64,000 nucleotides of DNA from Acidimicrobiia bacterium (GTDB lineage: Bacteria; Actinomycetota; Acidimicrobiia; Spongiisociales; JAENVV01): the NCBI GenBank assembly GCA_041577335.1, contig JBFGJH010000007.1, positions 1-64,000 on the forward strand. The letters run 5' to 3'. The notes under the pieces were generated by a model. That model saw nothing but the letters and a program-made list of their open reading frames with translations, was not told the DNA's origin and made no database searches. Of the stretch, positions 1 through 9,751 are shown piece by piece. How positions within the stretch are numbered: the stretch's first letter is position 1; each line of letters begins with the position of its first letter. The position numbers and the translations under genes are program-made.

Positions 1-1
1 G

Positions 2-3000
2 AGCACCGTTGCCACGACCGCCGCAACGGGCGCCAAGCGGGTCGTCGCACTGAGCCCCGCAGGCAGCCGCCACGACTATCACCTGACGACCTCTGGCAGC
101 GCCACCGTCGGCGACGTCGTCGAGGCTCTCACCAACCGAACGGGCCACGAATGGCCGACGACCCTGTTCGTCAACGGTCAGGGATTCCCGGCGTCGATGT
201 CTTTGGCGGACGTTCCCATCGAGGACGGTACGTTGCTGGCAACCACGCCCACCCAGCCGTCCCACCAGGAAGCCGTACTGGAGCTCTTGGCCGTCTCTGG
301 AGACAACGCCGGGAGCAGCATTCGATACTCTGCTGGAAAGTTCGCGTTGGGCGGCCGTCGCCGGGCAGGCACGCTCGAAGTTGATAGCACCGGATCCGCG
401 CATCTGGTACCAGACCCTCACCGAGGTATCCGCGTGTCGGGCGGCATGCACCACCACCCGCTGGCCCTCTCGATCGGCGACGTCGTGGAGATCGATAGCA
501 CCGCCTATTCCGTAGCTCCCGCTCCTCGCCGAGTCGTCCCGCGCCCTCGTCCCAGCTTCAATCGGCCCCCGCGAACGCTGCCCCCCGAAGATCCGGCGCC
601 GCTCGACCCCCCGACCCGTGATCGGGTGAGCCAACAGTCCGTGCCATTCCGCTGGCCCATGCTGTTGGGTCCCGTGGTCATGGGCGTTGCCATGATGGTC
701 ATCTTCCAGCGCATGGCGTTTCTGATCTTCATCGCGATCGGCCCGCTGATGCTGCTGGCCAACCTCATCGACGGCAAGATGCGCAACCGCAAAGGGAGCA
801 AGCGAGCCGAGGCAGCGTTTCGAAAGGCACTTCGGGAGTTTGCGGTGACACTGGATGTGTGGCGTGGAGCCCTTCACGACACGGCCAGGCGTCGCCATCC
901 GTCGCTGCCAAAGGCGATCCAGAGGGCGGTGCTCGGCGACGATCGCCTGTGGGAGCGGCGCCGCCACCACGTCGACTTCATGCGCCTCTTCGTCGGGTAC
1001 GGGCCCGCTCCCTTGGCGCCCGCGGTCGTAACCGCCGAGGTGGAACCGGAGGTCGCAGCGATGCTGGCCGCCCCCGATCGGCGCGGGAGTTTGCCCATCG
1101 AGGTCGATGTGTCGGGCGGATCGGTCGTGGGGCTCACCGGACCTCCCGAGGTGAGCCGCGGCTTGGCTCGGAGCCTCGTCCTTCAGGCAGCCATTCACCA
1201 CGGACCAGCCGACCTCGGCATAGCCGTCGTGTGCCAGCCATCGTGTGCCGACGGGTGGAGGTTCGCGGGATGGTTGCCCCACTCGGAAAGCGATCAGGGT
1301 CGCCATCTCTTGGCGGCAACGGTCGAAGATGCCGCCACCGTTTTTGCCGAGCTCCGCGCGAGTGACCGGCCGGCGCTGGTCGTCCTCGATGGTGAGTACA
1401 CGCCTGAGCGAGCCGGGCTCGTAGCCTCGCTGACGTCCGAGCATCAAGTCGCCGTGCTGGTTATCGCCGACTCGCTCAGCGGCCTGCCGGGGATCACGTC
1501 GATGAATGTCGAAGTGCGTCCGGGAGCATCGTTGGTGGTATCGGAGCCCTCCACGGGACGCACCGTCGGCTCGATCAGCGGCGTCCTGATGAGTGAGCCG
1601 GTGGCTGATGAGGCGGCCCGATCGCTGGCACGGATCGAGGACCCCGAGCGAGTGACTATCGGTGGTTCACTCCCGGGGCACGTTGATCTCTTGGAGCTTC
1701 TGGGGCTGCCCAATCCCACAGCCGGCGACATCACCGCTCTGTGGGCCGCATCCGGCGACACCATCAAGGCGCCGATCGGCCGCACGGCCGCCGGGGTCCT
1801 GGAGATCGATCTGGTTCGCGATGGCCCACACGGGCTATTGGCCGGCACCACGGGTGCGGGCAAGAGCGAGCTGCTCCGGACGATGGTCGCGTCCTTGGCA
1901 GCGCGCGTTGATCCCGAGCATCTCAACTTCGTGCTCATCGACTACAAAGGAGGTAGCGCCTTCGACGTTTGTTCCGAGCTACCCCACGTCGTGGGCCTGG
2001 TCACCGACCTCGACCCAAGCCTTGCCACCCGGGCGGTGACCTGTCTCGAGGCCGAGCTCGAATACCGAGAGCATCGCCTGCGCGACGCCGGCGCCTCCGA
2101 TCTGATGGGCTATCAGAATCTCGGGCTGGCTGATCCGCTCCCCCGGCTCTTCATCGTCATCGACGAATTCGCAGCGATGGCCAAAGAAATGCCCGACTTC
2201 ATGGCCGCACTGGTCGACATCGCAGCTCGGGGCCGCAGCCTCGGCGTCCACCTGATGTTGGCGACGCAGCGCCCCGCCGGAGTCATCGGTGAGAACATCA
2301 GAGCGAACACCAACCTGAGAATGTCGCTGCGAGTCCAGTCGACCAGCGATTCCAAGGACGTCTTGGGGGACGATGCTGCGTCAGGGCTGCCGCGCTCGAT
2401 TCCAGGTCGAGGGTATGTTCGGTTTGGCCCTTCGGAGCTGGTCGGTTTCCAGACAGCGCTGGTCACGGGAGCCACCGGGTTCGTTGAACGCCGGGTGGAG
2501 CTTCACGACGTGCGCTTCGACCCGCAGGGACCGCAGGCTGCTACCGCAACGATTCCCGAAGGAGTCAAGACCGACCTCGAACGGCTGGTTGAGGCCATCC
2601 GGGGGGCGGCGGTCGCCACCGACATGCGACCTGGTCACACGCCGTGGCCCCCGGCCCTCACGCCCGATCTTCCGTTGCACACCTTGTTGCCAAGCGACGA
2701 TGTGACACTCGGACTGGTCGACGAGCCGTCCAAGCAGCGTCAGAGCCGCTTCGCGTGGAAGCCCGCCGAGAGTGCGCTGGGCCTCTATGGCATTTCGGGA
2801 ACAGGCCCGGAAGCTGCCGCCGAAACGGCGATCCGATCGATCGCGGCCGGCTCCTCACACCAAGCGGCCCACGTGTTCATCATGAAGTTCGGCACCCATA
2901 CATTCGAACGAGTCACCGGGCTGCCGCATGTGGCATCCCCCGTGGAGGCAGACGACCAAGAACGGCAGATGCAGCTGTTGCGGATGCTTCGAAGGGAGTT

Positions 3001-4060
3001 CGAGGAGCGCCGCAAAGAACCGGCCGTGGTTGCCGAGCGGCCCAGTCTCTTCCTCGTCATCGACGACGCCGGCGCCTTCCGGGATGCCTACGACTCGTAT
3101 CACCTCCACGAATACCTGAACGTGGTCGGGGACGTCATCGCCAAGGGCTCGCCCCTCGGCATCCACCTGATTGCCACGATGAATCGCCCCAACGCCCTTC
3201 CAATGAAACTCGCCACCTTGATCGTGGATCGGCTGGTTTTTCAGTTCGCCGACATGAGCCAGGCGATGGCGCTCGGACTGAAGAGAACCGCCGTCGTCGA
3301 CGAGCTGCCGTATGGGGGCTTCATCGACGTCAAGACCGGGCTGGTGGGCCAAGTGGCAGTCATTCACGAGGGGGTGCCGATTCGGGAGACCGCGGATGCT
3401 CCGCAGCCATTGGTTCCGGTGCTTCCAGCCTCCGTCGACCGGGCCGACCTGCCGGAGGCCGCGGTCGCGCCAGATCACGTGTGGTTGCCGGTGGGTATCG
3501 GCGAGACGGCACTGTCGGTGTCCGGGGTGTCCCTCGAGGAAGGCGATCATCTCCTGGTCACTTCGCCCATGCGAGGCGGTCGCAGCTCGGTTCTCGCTGC
3601 CATGGCGAGGCAACTGGCCGAGAAGTCCGACGCCCAACTGGTGGCGATCGTTCCTCGGAAGTCGCCGCTGACAAAGGTGGGCTGTTTCAAGTATCTGGTG
3701 ACCGACCTCGACCAGGTCGACGCGTTGGCAGCAGCGCTGGCCGATTCCGGCGACGAGCCGATCGTGGTGTTTGTCGACGATGCCGAGATGGTTCAGTCAC
3801 AGGGGCTGGAACGGCTGTTGGGCTCCCGCAAGAGCAACGTTCGAGTGATTGCGGCCATGCGCAACGAGGACGCCACCCGGTCGTACACCCATTGGACCAA
3901 GCGGATAAAGGACTGCCGCAAAGCGGTCGCCATCCAGCCAGTCGCCGGCATCGCCGAGATGTACGGCCACCAGTTCCCCAAGGCAACGGCGCCCTACCCA
4001 CCCGGTCGAGGCTACGTCATCGACGGCCACACCGTGGAGAAGGTGCAAGTAGCCGAGTAG
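2..4060 (+). CDS. FtsK/SpoIIIE-family multi-ATPase membrane protein (EccC/EssC-like, type VII secretion-associated); 5' end probably just outside the window
   Basis: Frame is open from base 2 with no stop before the ATG at 197. TM hairpin (WPMLLGPVVMG...IGPLMLL), LWERR motif, Walker A GTTGAGKS, DYKGG, Walker B FIVIDEF, GRSLGVHLMLATQRP, then two degenerate ATPase repeats ending PGRG. Confidence 0.85.
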   Translation, partial: STVATTAATGAKRVVALSPAGSRHDYHLTTSGSATVGDVVEALTNRTGHEWPTTLFVNGQGFPASMSLADVPIEDGTLLATTPTQPSHQEAVLELLAVSGDNAGSSIRYSAGKFALGGRRRAGTLEVDSTGSAHLVPDPHRGIRVSGGMHHHPLALSIGDVVEIDSTAYSVAPAPRRVVPRPRPSFNRPPRTLPPEDPAPLDPPTRDRVSQQSVPFRWPMLLGPVVMGVAMMVIFQRMAFLIFIAIGPLMLLANLIDGKMRNRKGSKRAEAAFRKALREFAVTLDVWRGALHDTARRRHPSLPKAIQRAVLGDDRLWERRRHHVDFMRLFVGYGPAPLAPAVVTAEVEPEVAAMLAAPDRRGSLPIEVDVSGGSVVGLTGPPEVSRGLARSLVLQAAIHHGPADLGIAVVCQPSCADGWRFAGWLPHSESDQGRHLLAATVEDAATVFAELRASDRPALVVLDGEYTPERAGLVASLTSEHQVAVLVIADSLSGLPGITSMNVEVRPGASLVVSEPSTGRTVGSISGVLMSEPVADEAARSLARIEDPERVTIGGSLPGHVDLLELLGLPNPTAGDITALWAASGDTIKAPIGRTAAGVLEIDLVRDGPHGLLAGTTGAGKSELLRTMVASLAARVDPEHLNFVLIDYKGGSAFDVCSELPHVVGLVTDLDPSLATRAVTCLEAELEYREHRLRDAGASDLMGYQNLGLADPLPRLFIVIDEFAAMAKEMPDFMAALVDIAARGRSLGVHLMLATQRPAGVIGENIRANTNLRMSLRVQSTSDSKDVLGDDAASGLPRSIPGRGYVRFGPSELVGFQTALVTGATGFVERRVELHDVRFDPQGPQAATATIPEGVKTDLERLVEAIRGAAVATDMRPGHTPWPPALTPDLPLHTLLPSDDVTLGLVDEPSKQRQSRFAWKPAESALGLYGISGTGPEAAAETAIRSIAAGSSHQAAHVFIMKFGTHTFERVTGLPHVASPVEADDQERQMQLLRMLRREFEERRKEPAVVAERPSLFLVIDDAGAFRDAYDSYHLHEYLNVVGDVIAKGSPLGIHLIATMNRPNALPMKLATLIVDRLVFQFADMSQAMALGLKRTAVVDELPYGGFIDVKTGLVGQVAVIHEGVPIRETADAPQPLVPVLPASVDRADLPEAAVAPDHVWLPVGIGETALSVSGVSLEEGDHLLVTSPMRGGRSSVLAAMARQLAEKSDAQLVAIVPRKSPLTKVGCFKYLVTDLDQVDALAAALADSGDEPIVVFVDDAEMVQSQGLERLLGSRKSNVRVIAAMRNEDATRSYTHWTKRIKDCRKAVAIQPVAGIAEMYGHQFPKATAPYPPGRGYVIDGHTVEKVQVAE

Positions 4061-4119
4061 CCGCTTTCTTGGGCCCCGGGCCCAACGAAGTCTGCAGTTT
4101 GCTCGGCAAACCGCGGTGC

Positions 4120-4806
4120 TCAAGCCTGCGCCAGCAGTCTCTCGAGGGCATCGAGCACAGCCCTCGGATCGGTAACCGCGCTGAGGTGGGTGCCGGCGAA
4201 CACCGCTGTCGGCCATCCCCGGCTACCCGCTGCTTCGAAGTCGTCGTTGTACGCAGCGCTCAGTCGTAGATAGGAACATCGGAAGTCAGACCATCCGTGA
4301 GGCATCGGAATCTCCTGGTCGTAGAACGAGCGGTGGAGTCTCGGCATATCAGCCAAGAGCGCATCTCGGTCACTCGGGTCCGGCACCAGTTCTTCGACGA
4401 CATCGGGAGGCCACCAGGCCAGCCATGGCGCGAGGAGGCCATCCTCAGTCTGTTCGTCAAGCAGCTCGGCAAGACGTTGGGGCGCGACATGGACGCCCGT
4501 CTCGGCCGGCACCATCGCGTCGACGAAAACCAACTCTGGCTGACGGTGGCTGAGACGCTCACCAAGGGATGGCAAGAAGGGCCCGGCCCCGGAGTGGCCA
4601 ACGACAGCAATCGGCTCGTACAGTTCGACGGCTCCCGCCGCTGCCTCCTCCACCAGACTCAACCAGTTCGGCGGTGCAGCGGACGCAACACCAGTGAGAT
4701 CGGGGATCGCGACCGAGTACCCGCGCTCACGGGCGACATCGGCAAGCGGCAGCCACGAAGACGGCCCCAGCAACGGGCTGTGTACCAGCAACAGCGACCG
4801 CTCCAT
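4120..4806 (-). CDS. alpha/beta-fold hydrolase
   Basis: LVHSPLLG, nucleophile elbow GHSGAG, C-terminal GTHL; start at ATG of MERSLLL. Confidence 0.8.
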   Translation of the reverse strand: MERSLLLVHSPLLGPSSWLPLADVARERGYSVAIPDLTGVASAAPPNWLSLVEEAAAGAVELYEPIAVVGHSGAGPFLPSLGERLSHRQPELVFVDAMVPAETGVHVAPQRLAELLDEQTEDGLLAPWLAWWPPDVVEELVPDPSDRDALLADMPRLHRSFYDQEIPMPHGWSDFRCSYLRLSAAYNDDFEAAGSRGWPTAVFAGTHLSAVTDPRAVLDALERLLAQA

Positions 4807-4912
4807 GGTGCGACGGTACCGCCAGGAGGCCACGGGTCCCAACATACACGGGAAGGGAAGCACTGGAGTTCGTAGACCACACTGCGGACAGGCTTGGTGA
4901 AGCGGCTCCTCT

Positions 4913-4943
4913 GCGCTCTTCAGGCCGGCGGCCTGAAGAGCGC
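4913..4943 (-). terminator. GC-rich hairpin directly 3' of tRNA-Arg (terminator or processing stem)
   Basis: Perfect 14-bp inverted repeat GCGCTCTTCAGGCC/GGCCTGAAGAGCGC with 3-nt loop; no U-tract. Confidence 0.5.
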
Positions 4944-5012
4944 CCTCGGCAGGATTCGAACCTGCGCACCCGGCTCCGGAGGCCGGTGCTCTATCCCCTG
5001 AGCTACGAGGGC
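4941..5012 (-). tRNA. tRNA-Arg(CCG)
   Basis: GCCCTCGTAGCTCAGGGGATAGAGCA-CCGGC CT CCG GA GCCGG-...GGTTCGAATCC...CGAGGGCG; full cloverleaf; CCA not encoded. Confidence 0.97.
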
Positions 5013-5149
5013 AAGGGCTGGAAGTGTACTGCGCCCCACGACCTCGAAACCAGAAGCATTCGCCAAGTCAGCGCCGCTCGGCCCGCCAGCCGGGTGATCC
5101 TCACTCGCTCCCTCTGTCCGAGACCGCGAAAACCCCGTATGCTGAAGGG

Positions 5150-5935
5150 ATGCGATCTATTTGGAAAGGCGCCATCAGTTTCGGCCTCGTGACGATTCCA
5201 GTGGGCCTCTACTCGGCCACTGAGAACCGAACGCCCAAGTTCAAAATGCTCCGCGAGTCGGATAGCAGCCCTATCAAGTACAAGCGGGTTGCCGAGTCCG
5301 ACGGCAAGGAAGTTGCCTGGGAGGAGATCGTCAAGGGCTACGAGGTCGAGAAGGGCCGCTACGTGATCTTCACCGACGAGGACCTCCAAGCAGCTTCTGC
5401 CTCCAAGGGCACCAAGCTCGTCGACGTGGTCCAGTTCGTCAACGAGAGCGACATCGATCCGATTCATTACAAATCGTCGTACTACCTCGCCCCTGAGAAG
5501 ACCGGCATCAAGGCGTACAACATCCTCCTCAATGCTCTCGGCGAGGGCAAACGGGTTGGGCTCTGCAAGGTGGCTCTCCGGGACAAGGAGTATCTCGCCA
5601 CACTGCGGGCCAAGGAAGGCGTCCTCGTGCTCGAGACGATGTACTGGCCCGACGAGATCAGAGAGCCCGCGTTCGAAGAGCTCGAGACCGAGGTCGAAAT
5701 CCGCGACGAGGAGGTTGCGATGGCACAGATGATCATCGACAACCTGTCGGGGAAGTTCGACCCTTCGGCGTGGGTCGACAAGAGCCGGGAGACGATCGAG
5801 GCGCTTGCCCAGAAGAAGATCGACGGTGAAGAGATCGTGGCGCCCGAGGCTCCCGAGCCCACCAAGGTCGTCGACCTTCTCGAGGCATTGAAGGCAAGCG
5901 TGGAGGCCACGAAAGCGCAGCGAGAGGCCGGCTGA
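5150..5935 (+). CDS. ku: Ku protein (non-homologous end joining)
   Basis: MRSIWKGAISFGLVTIPV, EIVKGYE, YYLAP, VVDLLEALKASV are typical prokaryotic Ku motifs. Confidence 0.95.
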   Translation: MRSIWKGAISFGLVTIPVGLYSATENRTPKFKMLRESDSSPIKYKRVAESDGKEVAWEEIVKGYEVEKGRYVIFTDEDLQAASASKGTKLVDVVQFVNESDIDPIHYKSSYYLAPEKTGIKAYNILLNALGEGKRVGLCKVALRDKEYLATLRAKEGVLVLETMYWPDEIREPAFEELETEVEIRDEEVAMAQMIIDNLSGKFDPSAWVDKSRETIEALAQKKIDGEEIVAPEAPEPTKVVDLLEALKASVEATKAQREAG

Positions 5936-6027
5936 GAGCCGCCGCTTTCCATGGGTGAATGACGCTGAGATCGGCGGCGCCGATCCTACGATGCCGTGAA
6001 CATATCTCCGTCAGACCGGCTGTACGA

Positions 6028-6936
6028 GTGCTTTATCAATCCATCATGTTCGCGAACGGGACGGGCGACGTCGGCAAGACCTCTATCTGCGCCAACGTGG
6101 CCGGATTGGCCTCTCAGAGCGGCTGGCGAACCCTCGTCATCGACCTCGATCCGCACGGCTCGCTCGGTTCGGATTTGGGCTACAAACAACGCGGCTTGAG
6201 TGACGAGGGCGAAGGCTTGTTCGATGCGGTGATCTCTGGCGCTCCCATCCGACCGCTCCGGGATGTGCGGAGGAATCTCGACGCCGTTCCCGCCGGTTCT
6301 GCCACAAAGGAACTCCTGGCGATGCTCACCGATCGCCGCATTATCGATGCCACGAGGGTCCTCGACATCCTGCGCGTCGTCGAGCCCCTCGAGGAACTCT
6401 ACGACCTCGTTCTCATCGACTCACCTGCTGCCGGCGGTTATGCGGTGGAGGCCGCTTTGGCTGCCACTCATTGGGTGGTCGCCCCGGTGAAGTTCGGCGA
6501 TGCATCACGAGGCGGGCTCGAGATGATGACACGTCAGATGGAGGCCGTACGCACTACCGCGAATCCCGATCTTCAGCTGCTTGGGGTGGCCCTATTCGAC
6601 TACGCGTCGCCACGGGCGGTTGTTCGATCGGAGGAGCGGCGCCGGATGATCGATGAGTTGGGGAGTGGAACTCCGGTTTTCAAATCGATGATTCGGAGAG
6701 CTGACCGCGCCGCGTATGACATGCGCCGGGAAGGCCTCCTTGCCCACGAGTATGCCCATCGATCTGAACCCGGCAAGAACCGCGCTCCCATCGCACAGAG
6801 AATCAAGCGAAGTCAACGCAGCACCGGTGGCGACCGACTCGCCGTCGCGGCAGCCGGCCTCGCCGCCGACTACAAGAAGCTGGCCACGGAGATCCTGCTT
6901 TCGCTGGGTGAAGTCGCCCACAGCGTTCGATCATGA
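6028..6936 (+). CDS. ParA/Soj-family ATPase (orphan, atypical Walker A)
   Basis: FANGTGDVGKTS, LVIDLDPHGS, YDLVLIDSPA, terminal DYKKLATEI; GTG start inferred. Confidence 0.85.
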   Translation: MLYQSIMFANGTGDVGKTSICANVAGLASQSGWRTLVIDLDPHGSLGSDLGYKQRGLSDEGEGLFDAVISGAPIRPLRDVRRNLDAVPAGSATKELLAMLTDRRIIDATRVLDILRVVEPLEELYDLVLIDSPAAGGYAVEAALAATHWVVAPVKFGDASRGGLEMMTRQMEAVRTTANPDLQLLGVALFDYASPRAVVRSEERRRMIDELGSGTPVFKSMIRRADRAAYDMRREGLLAHEYAHRSEPGKNRAPIAQRIKRSQRSTGGDRLAVAAAGLAADYKKLATEILLSLGEVAHSVRS

Positions 6937-6951
6937 ATCGGCAGCACGAAC

Positions 6952-7395
6952 ATGGGTGAGCAGAGACGGGATCGAGCCGGGTTCGCCGTCCCGCCTCCTC
7001 CGCCGGGCGCGCCGCCACATCACGGCCCCCCGAAAGGGCCCGGCCCGCCACCGCCGCCGGTTGCTTCCAAGCCAACCCGGAGTCGGGCAGTCAAGAAGAA
7101 GCGAATCACGCTGTCTCTGCCGACCGCCATCGCTGCCCGGTTGCGCCAAACCGCGGCACAGGAGGACCGATTCTTCCTCGACATCGTGCTCGAGGCATTC
7201 TCCAAGCATGCTCCGATGATCGACGCCGAGCTGACCGGAATCGATCTTGCGGCGAGAAATCGCTCGGCGGGGCGCACGCAGATCCCACTGAACATCGTTC
7301 CGGATGATCTCGCCAAGATCGATAGGCAGGCCACCCGGCTGAATCTGGACCGGTCCGCTTATGTCGCCGAGTTGCTCACACGCTCGCTCCGCTGA
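6952..7395 (+). CDS. Pro-rich protein with two ribbon-helix-helix-like repeats (putative ParA partner)
   Basis: Poly-Pro N-terminus; KRITLSLPTAIAARLRQTA...FLDIVLEAF and TQIPLNIVPDDLAKIDRQA...RSAYVAELL both fit the beta-alpha-alpha RHH pattern. Confidence 0.6.
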   Translation: MGEQRRDRAGFAVPPPPPGAPPHHGPPKGPGPPPPPVASKPTRSRAVKKKRITLSLPTAIAARLRQTAAQEDRFFLDIVLEAFSKHAPMIDAELTGIDLAARNRSAGRTQIPLNIVPDDLAKIDRQATRLNLDRSAYVAELLTRSLR

Positions 7396-8305
7396 TCGAG
7401 CCATGGGGAAATGGCCCAGCCTTGGGGAGGAGAGCCGGAACCGGCTTCGCCAGAGGTCCTTCGAGAAACGTCGACGCCTCGACGAGACGTGCAAGGTCGA
7501 TGCCAGTCTCAACTCCCATACGATGAAATAGGTAGACCAGGTCATCGGTGGCGATGTTGCCCGTGGCGTTGGGAGCAAAGGGGCAGCCTCCGATGCCCCC
7601 GGCACTGGCATCGAACGTGCGGACGCCGGCATCATACGCCGCCACCGCATTGGCGTAGCCCGTGTTTCGAGTGTTGTGGAAATGCACCGCCAGGTCGACG
7701 CCTTCTGGCGTAACGCGGGAGACGGACGCGAGGCGTTCGGCAACGTCCGAGGGGACTGCCACGCCAATCGTGTCGGCGATATTGATTCGAACCGGGTTGG
7801 TTGCTGCCACTGCCTCAACCACCTCGGTCAACCGGGTGATGGGCACCTCGCCCTCAAAGGGACAGCCGAACGCGGTCGAAACCGTGATTGACAGTGGACG
7901 ACCTGCGTCGGCGACGAGCGCAGCCACCTGCACAGCGCGATCGACCCCGCCAAACGCATCGACACCCTGATTGGCCATCGAAAAAGCATCGGAGGCAGCG
8001 ACAACCATGTTGATCTCGTCGACGTCTGCCTCGAGCGCCCTGATCGCACCTCGTTCGTTGAGCGCCAAGCCGATGTAGCGGACTCCGCTCGGTCGCGGTA
8101 CCCGCCTCATGACGTCTTCGGCATCGGCCATCTGCGGAACGAGCTCAGGGTGGACAAAACTGGCCGCCTCGATGCTTCGCACCCCGGCGGCGATGAGATG
8201 CTCGACGAGACGGACCTTGTCGGCGGTAGAGACCAAGATGTCTTCGTTTTGCAAGCCATCGCGGGGCGATACGTCGATGATCGAAACGGACGCGGCAGGC
8301 GGCAT
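7376..8305 (-). CDS. hydroxymethylglutaryl-CoA lyase
   Basis: DVSPRDGLQNE, AFGCPFEG, LAVHFHNTR, GGIGGCPFAPNATGNIAT. Confidence 0.93.
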   Translation of the reverse strand: MPPAASVSIIDVSPRDGLQNEDILVSTADKVRLVEHLIAAGVRSIEAASFVHPELVPQMADAEDVMRRVPRPSGVRYIGLALNERGAIRALEADVDEINMVVAASDAFSMANQGVDAFGGVDRAVQVAALVADAGRPLSITVSTAFGCPFEGEVPITRLTEVVEAVAATNPVRINIADTIGVAVPSDVAERLASVSRVTPEGVDLAVHFHNTRNTGYANAVAAYDAGVRTFDASAGGIGGCPFAPNATGNIATDDLVYLFHRMGVETGIDLARLVEASTFLEGPLAKPVPALLPKAGPFPHGSISGASV

Positions 8306-8314
8306 GGAGCGAGC

Positions 8315-9250
8315 CTAGGCCTCCGGCCCCTCCACTTCCCATGTGATGTCCTCATGGGGCTCACCTCCAAAGCCCTTGAATACGGGCGCACGCAGATGGG
8401 CGTCGTTGGTCCAGTTGGCGTACTCGACGTGCGCAACCAGCGATGGGATCACGTATACGGTTTCTCGGGGCATCGTGGCATCATCGTGAAACGGCGTGGC
8501 GTCCTGATGCATCTTTCGCAGAGCGTCTGCGATATCACGAACGTCGGCTTCGCTGAAACCGCTCCCGACGTTTCCGATGTAGCGCAGCAGGTCACCCGAC
8601 CAGAGGCCGAGCGTGAGGCTGCCAAAGGTTCGCTCCCGCCAACCAGTGCCGGGCAGGTATCCGCCGACGACGGCTCGCATGGCCTTTCTGTGCACGACTT
8701 TCACCCACGCGTCTGACCGGCGACCTGAGGCATAGGGACTATCGAGGCGTTTGGCGACGATGCCCTCGAGATCCCGTTCGACCACTGCCTCGAACAGGGC
8801 CGTGCCCTCCCCGACGACCTGGTCGGCACGCACAAAAGGTGCCGGGAGTTCGATGGCCTCCAAGATCTGGCGCCGCTCCTGCAGCGACCGCTGGGTGACA
8901 TCTTCGTCCCAATACAGCACGTCGAACACGACGAGCGCCACTTGCGCCGGCGAGGTGCCCTGGCCGGGACTCATACGGCCCTGAAGCAGTCCGAACGACG
9001 GGTTCCCGTCGTCTCCGAAAGCGACGATCTCCCCGTCGAGAACACAAGGAACTGGTGGCCGGTAATGGAGGAACTCGGGGTAGGTGCTGTTCATCAAGAG
9101 TCCGGACCTCGATCGCAGTTCGGGCTTGTCACCGTCCCAGCTCCACAAGCACCGGATCCCGTCCAACTTGAGCTCAAATGCCCATGAGGGATCGTCGAAA
9201 GGCCGGCGTTGCTTGGTCGCCAGCATTGGTTTGAAGCGGGGAAGCTTCAA
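8315..9250 (-). CDS. ATP-dependent DNA ligase, LigD-type ligase domain only
   Basis: KPMLA, motif I ELKLDGIR, LDGEIV, FDVL, EGIVAKRLDSPY..GRRS..WVK, VGSGF, LRAPVF. Confidence 0.9.
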   Translation of the reverse strand: MKLPRFKPMLATKQRRPFDDPSWAFELKLDGIRCLWSWDGDKPELRSRSGLLMNSTYPEFLHYRPPVPCVLDGEIVAFGDDGNPSFGLLQGRMSPGQGTSPAQVALVVFDVLYWDEDVTQRSLQERRQILEAIELPAPFVRADQVVGEGTALFEAVVERDLEGIVAKRLDSPYASGRRSDAWVKVVHRKAMRAVVGGYLPGTGWRERTFGSLTLGLWSGDLLRYIGNVGSGFSEADVRDIADALRKMHQDATPFHDDATMPRETVYVIPSLVAHVEYANWTNDAHLRAPVFKGFGGEPHEDITWEVEGPEA

Positions 9251-9708
9251 GCGCCGGCCAGTGCCTCAGTCACGATCTGATTGACGAGCTGACCGTCGAG
9301 ATCGTCCTTGTGGGACTTCATGAGATGTCCCATGAGCCGCCCCTTGTCTCCGGGGTCGGAGAGCCCCAGCTCGGCGATCGCTTCGGCCACGAGTTGGCGG
9401 GTTGCCCCCTCGTCCATCTTCTGAGGAAGCCACCGACTCAGGTATTCGGCCTCAAATGCGAGTCGATCCGCCATTTCTCGACCACGGTCGCCAAGCTCGC
9501 CGTATTCGACCTGTGACTTCTTGACCTTCTTCACGAAGGAATCGATGACCGCTCGGTAAACGTCGTCGTCCACCACTCCGTCGAATCCAGGTTCCGTGAT
9601 CTTTCTCCCGAGCTCCGTTTTCACGGCCCGGATCACGTCGAGGCGACGCTGATCCTTTGCGCGCATCGCATCCTTGAGCTCATCTGACAGTTCGGTTTCT
9701 ATCGACAT
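9247..9708 (-). CDS. GatB/YqeY domain protein
   Basis: LKDAMRAKDQRRLDVIR, YLSRWLPQ, GRLMGHLMK, DGQLVNQIV. Confidence 0.88.
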   Translation of the reverse strand: MSIETELSDELKDAMRAKDQRRLDVIRAVKTELGRKITEPGFDGVVDDDVYRAVIDSFVKKVKKSQVEYGELGDRGREMADRLAFEAEYLSRWLPQKMDEGATRQLVAEAIAELGLSDPGDKGRLMGHLMKSHKDDLDGQLVNQIVTEALAGA

Positions 9709-9751
9709 GGTCCTTTTCCCAGAGGTTGACCGTCCGATTGTGGTCCGGTTC

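Noticed and set aside
2644..4269. 541-aa alternative-frame ORF inside the FtsK gene
   Set aside because: Low-complexity Arg/Gly/Pro composition typical of shadow frames in high-GC DNA; no motifs.
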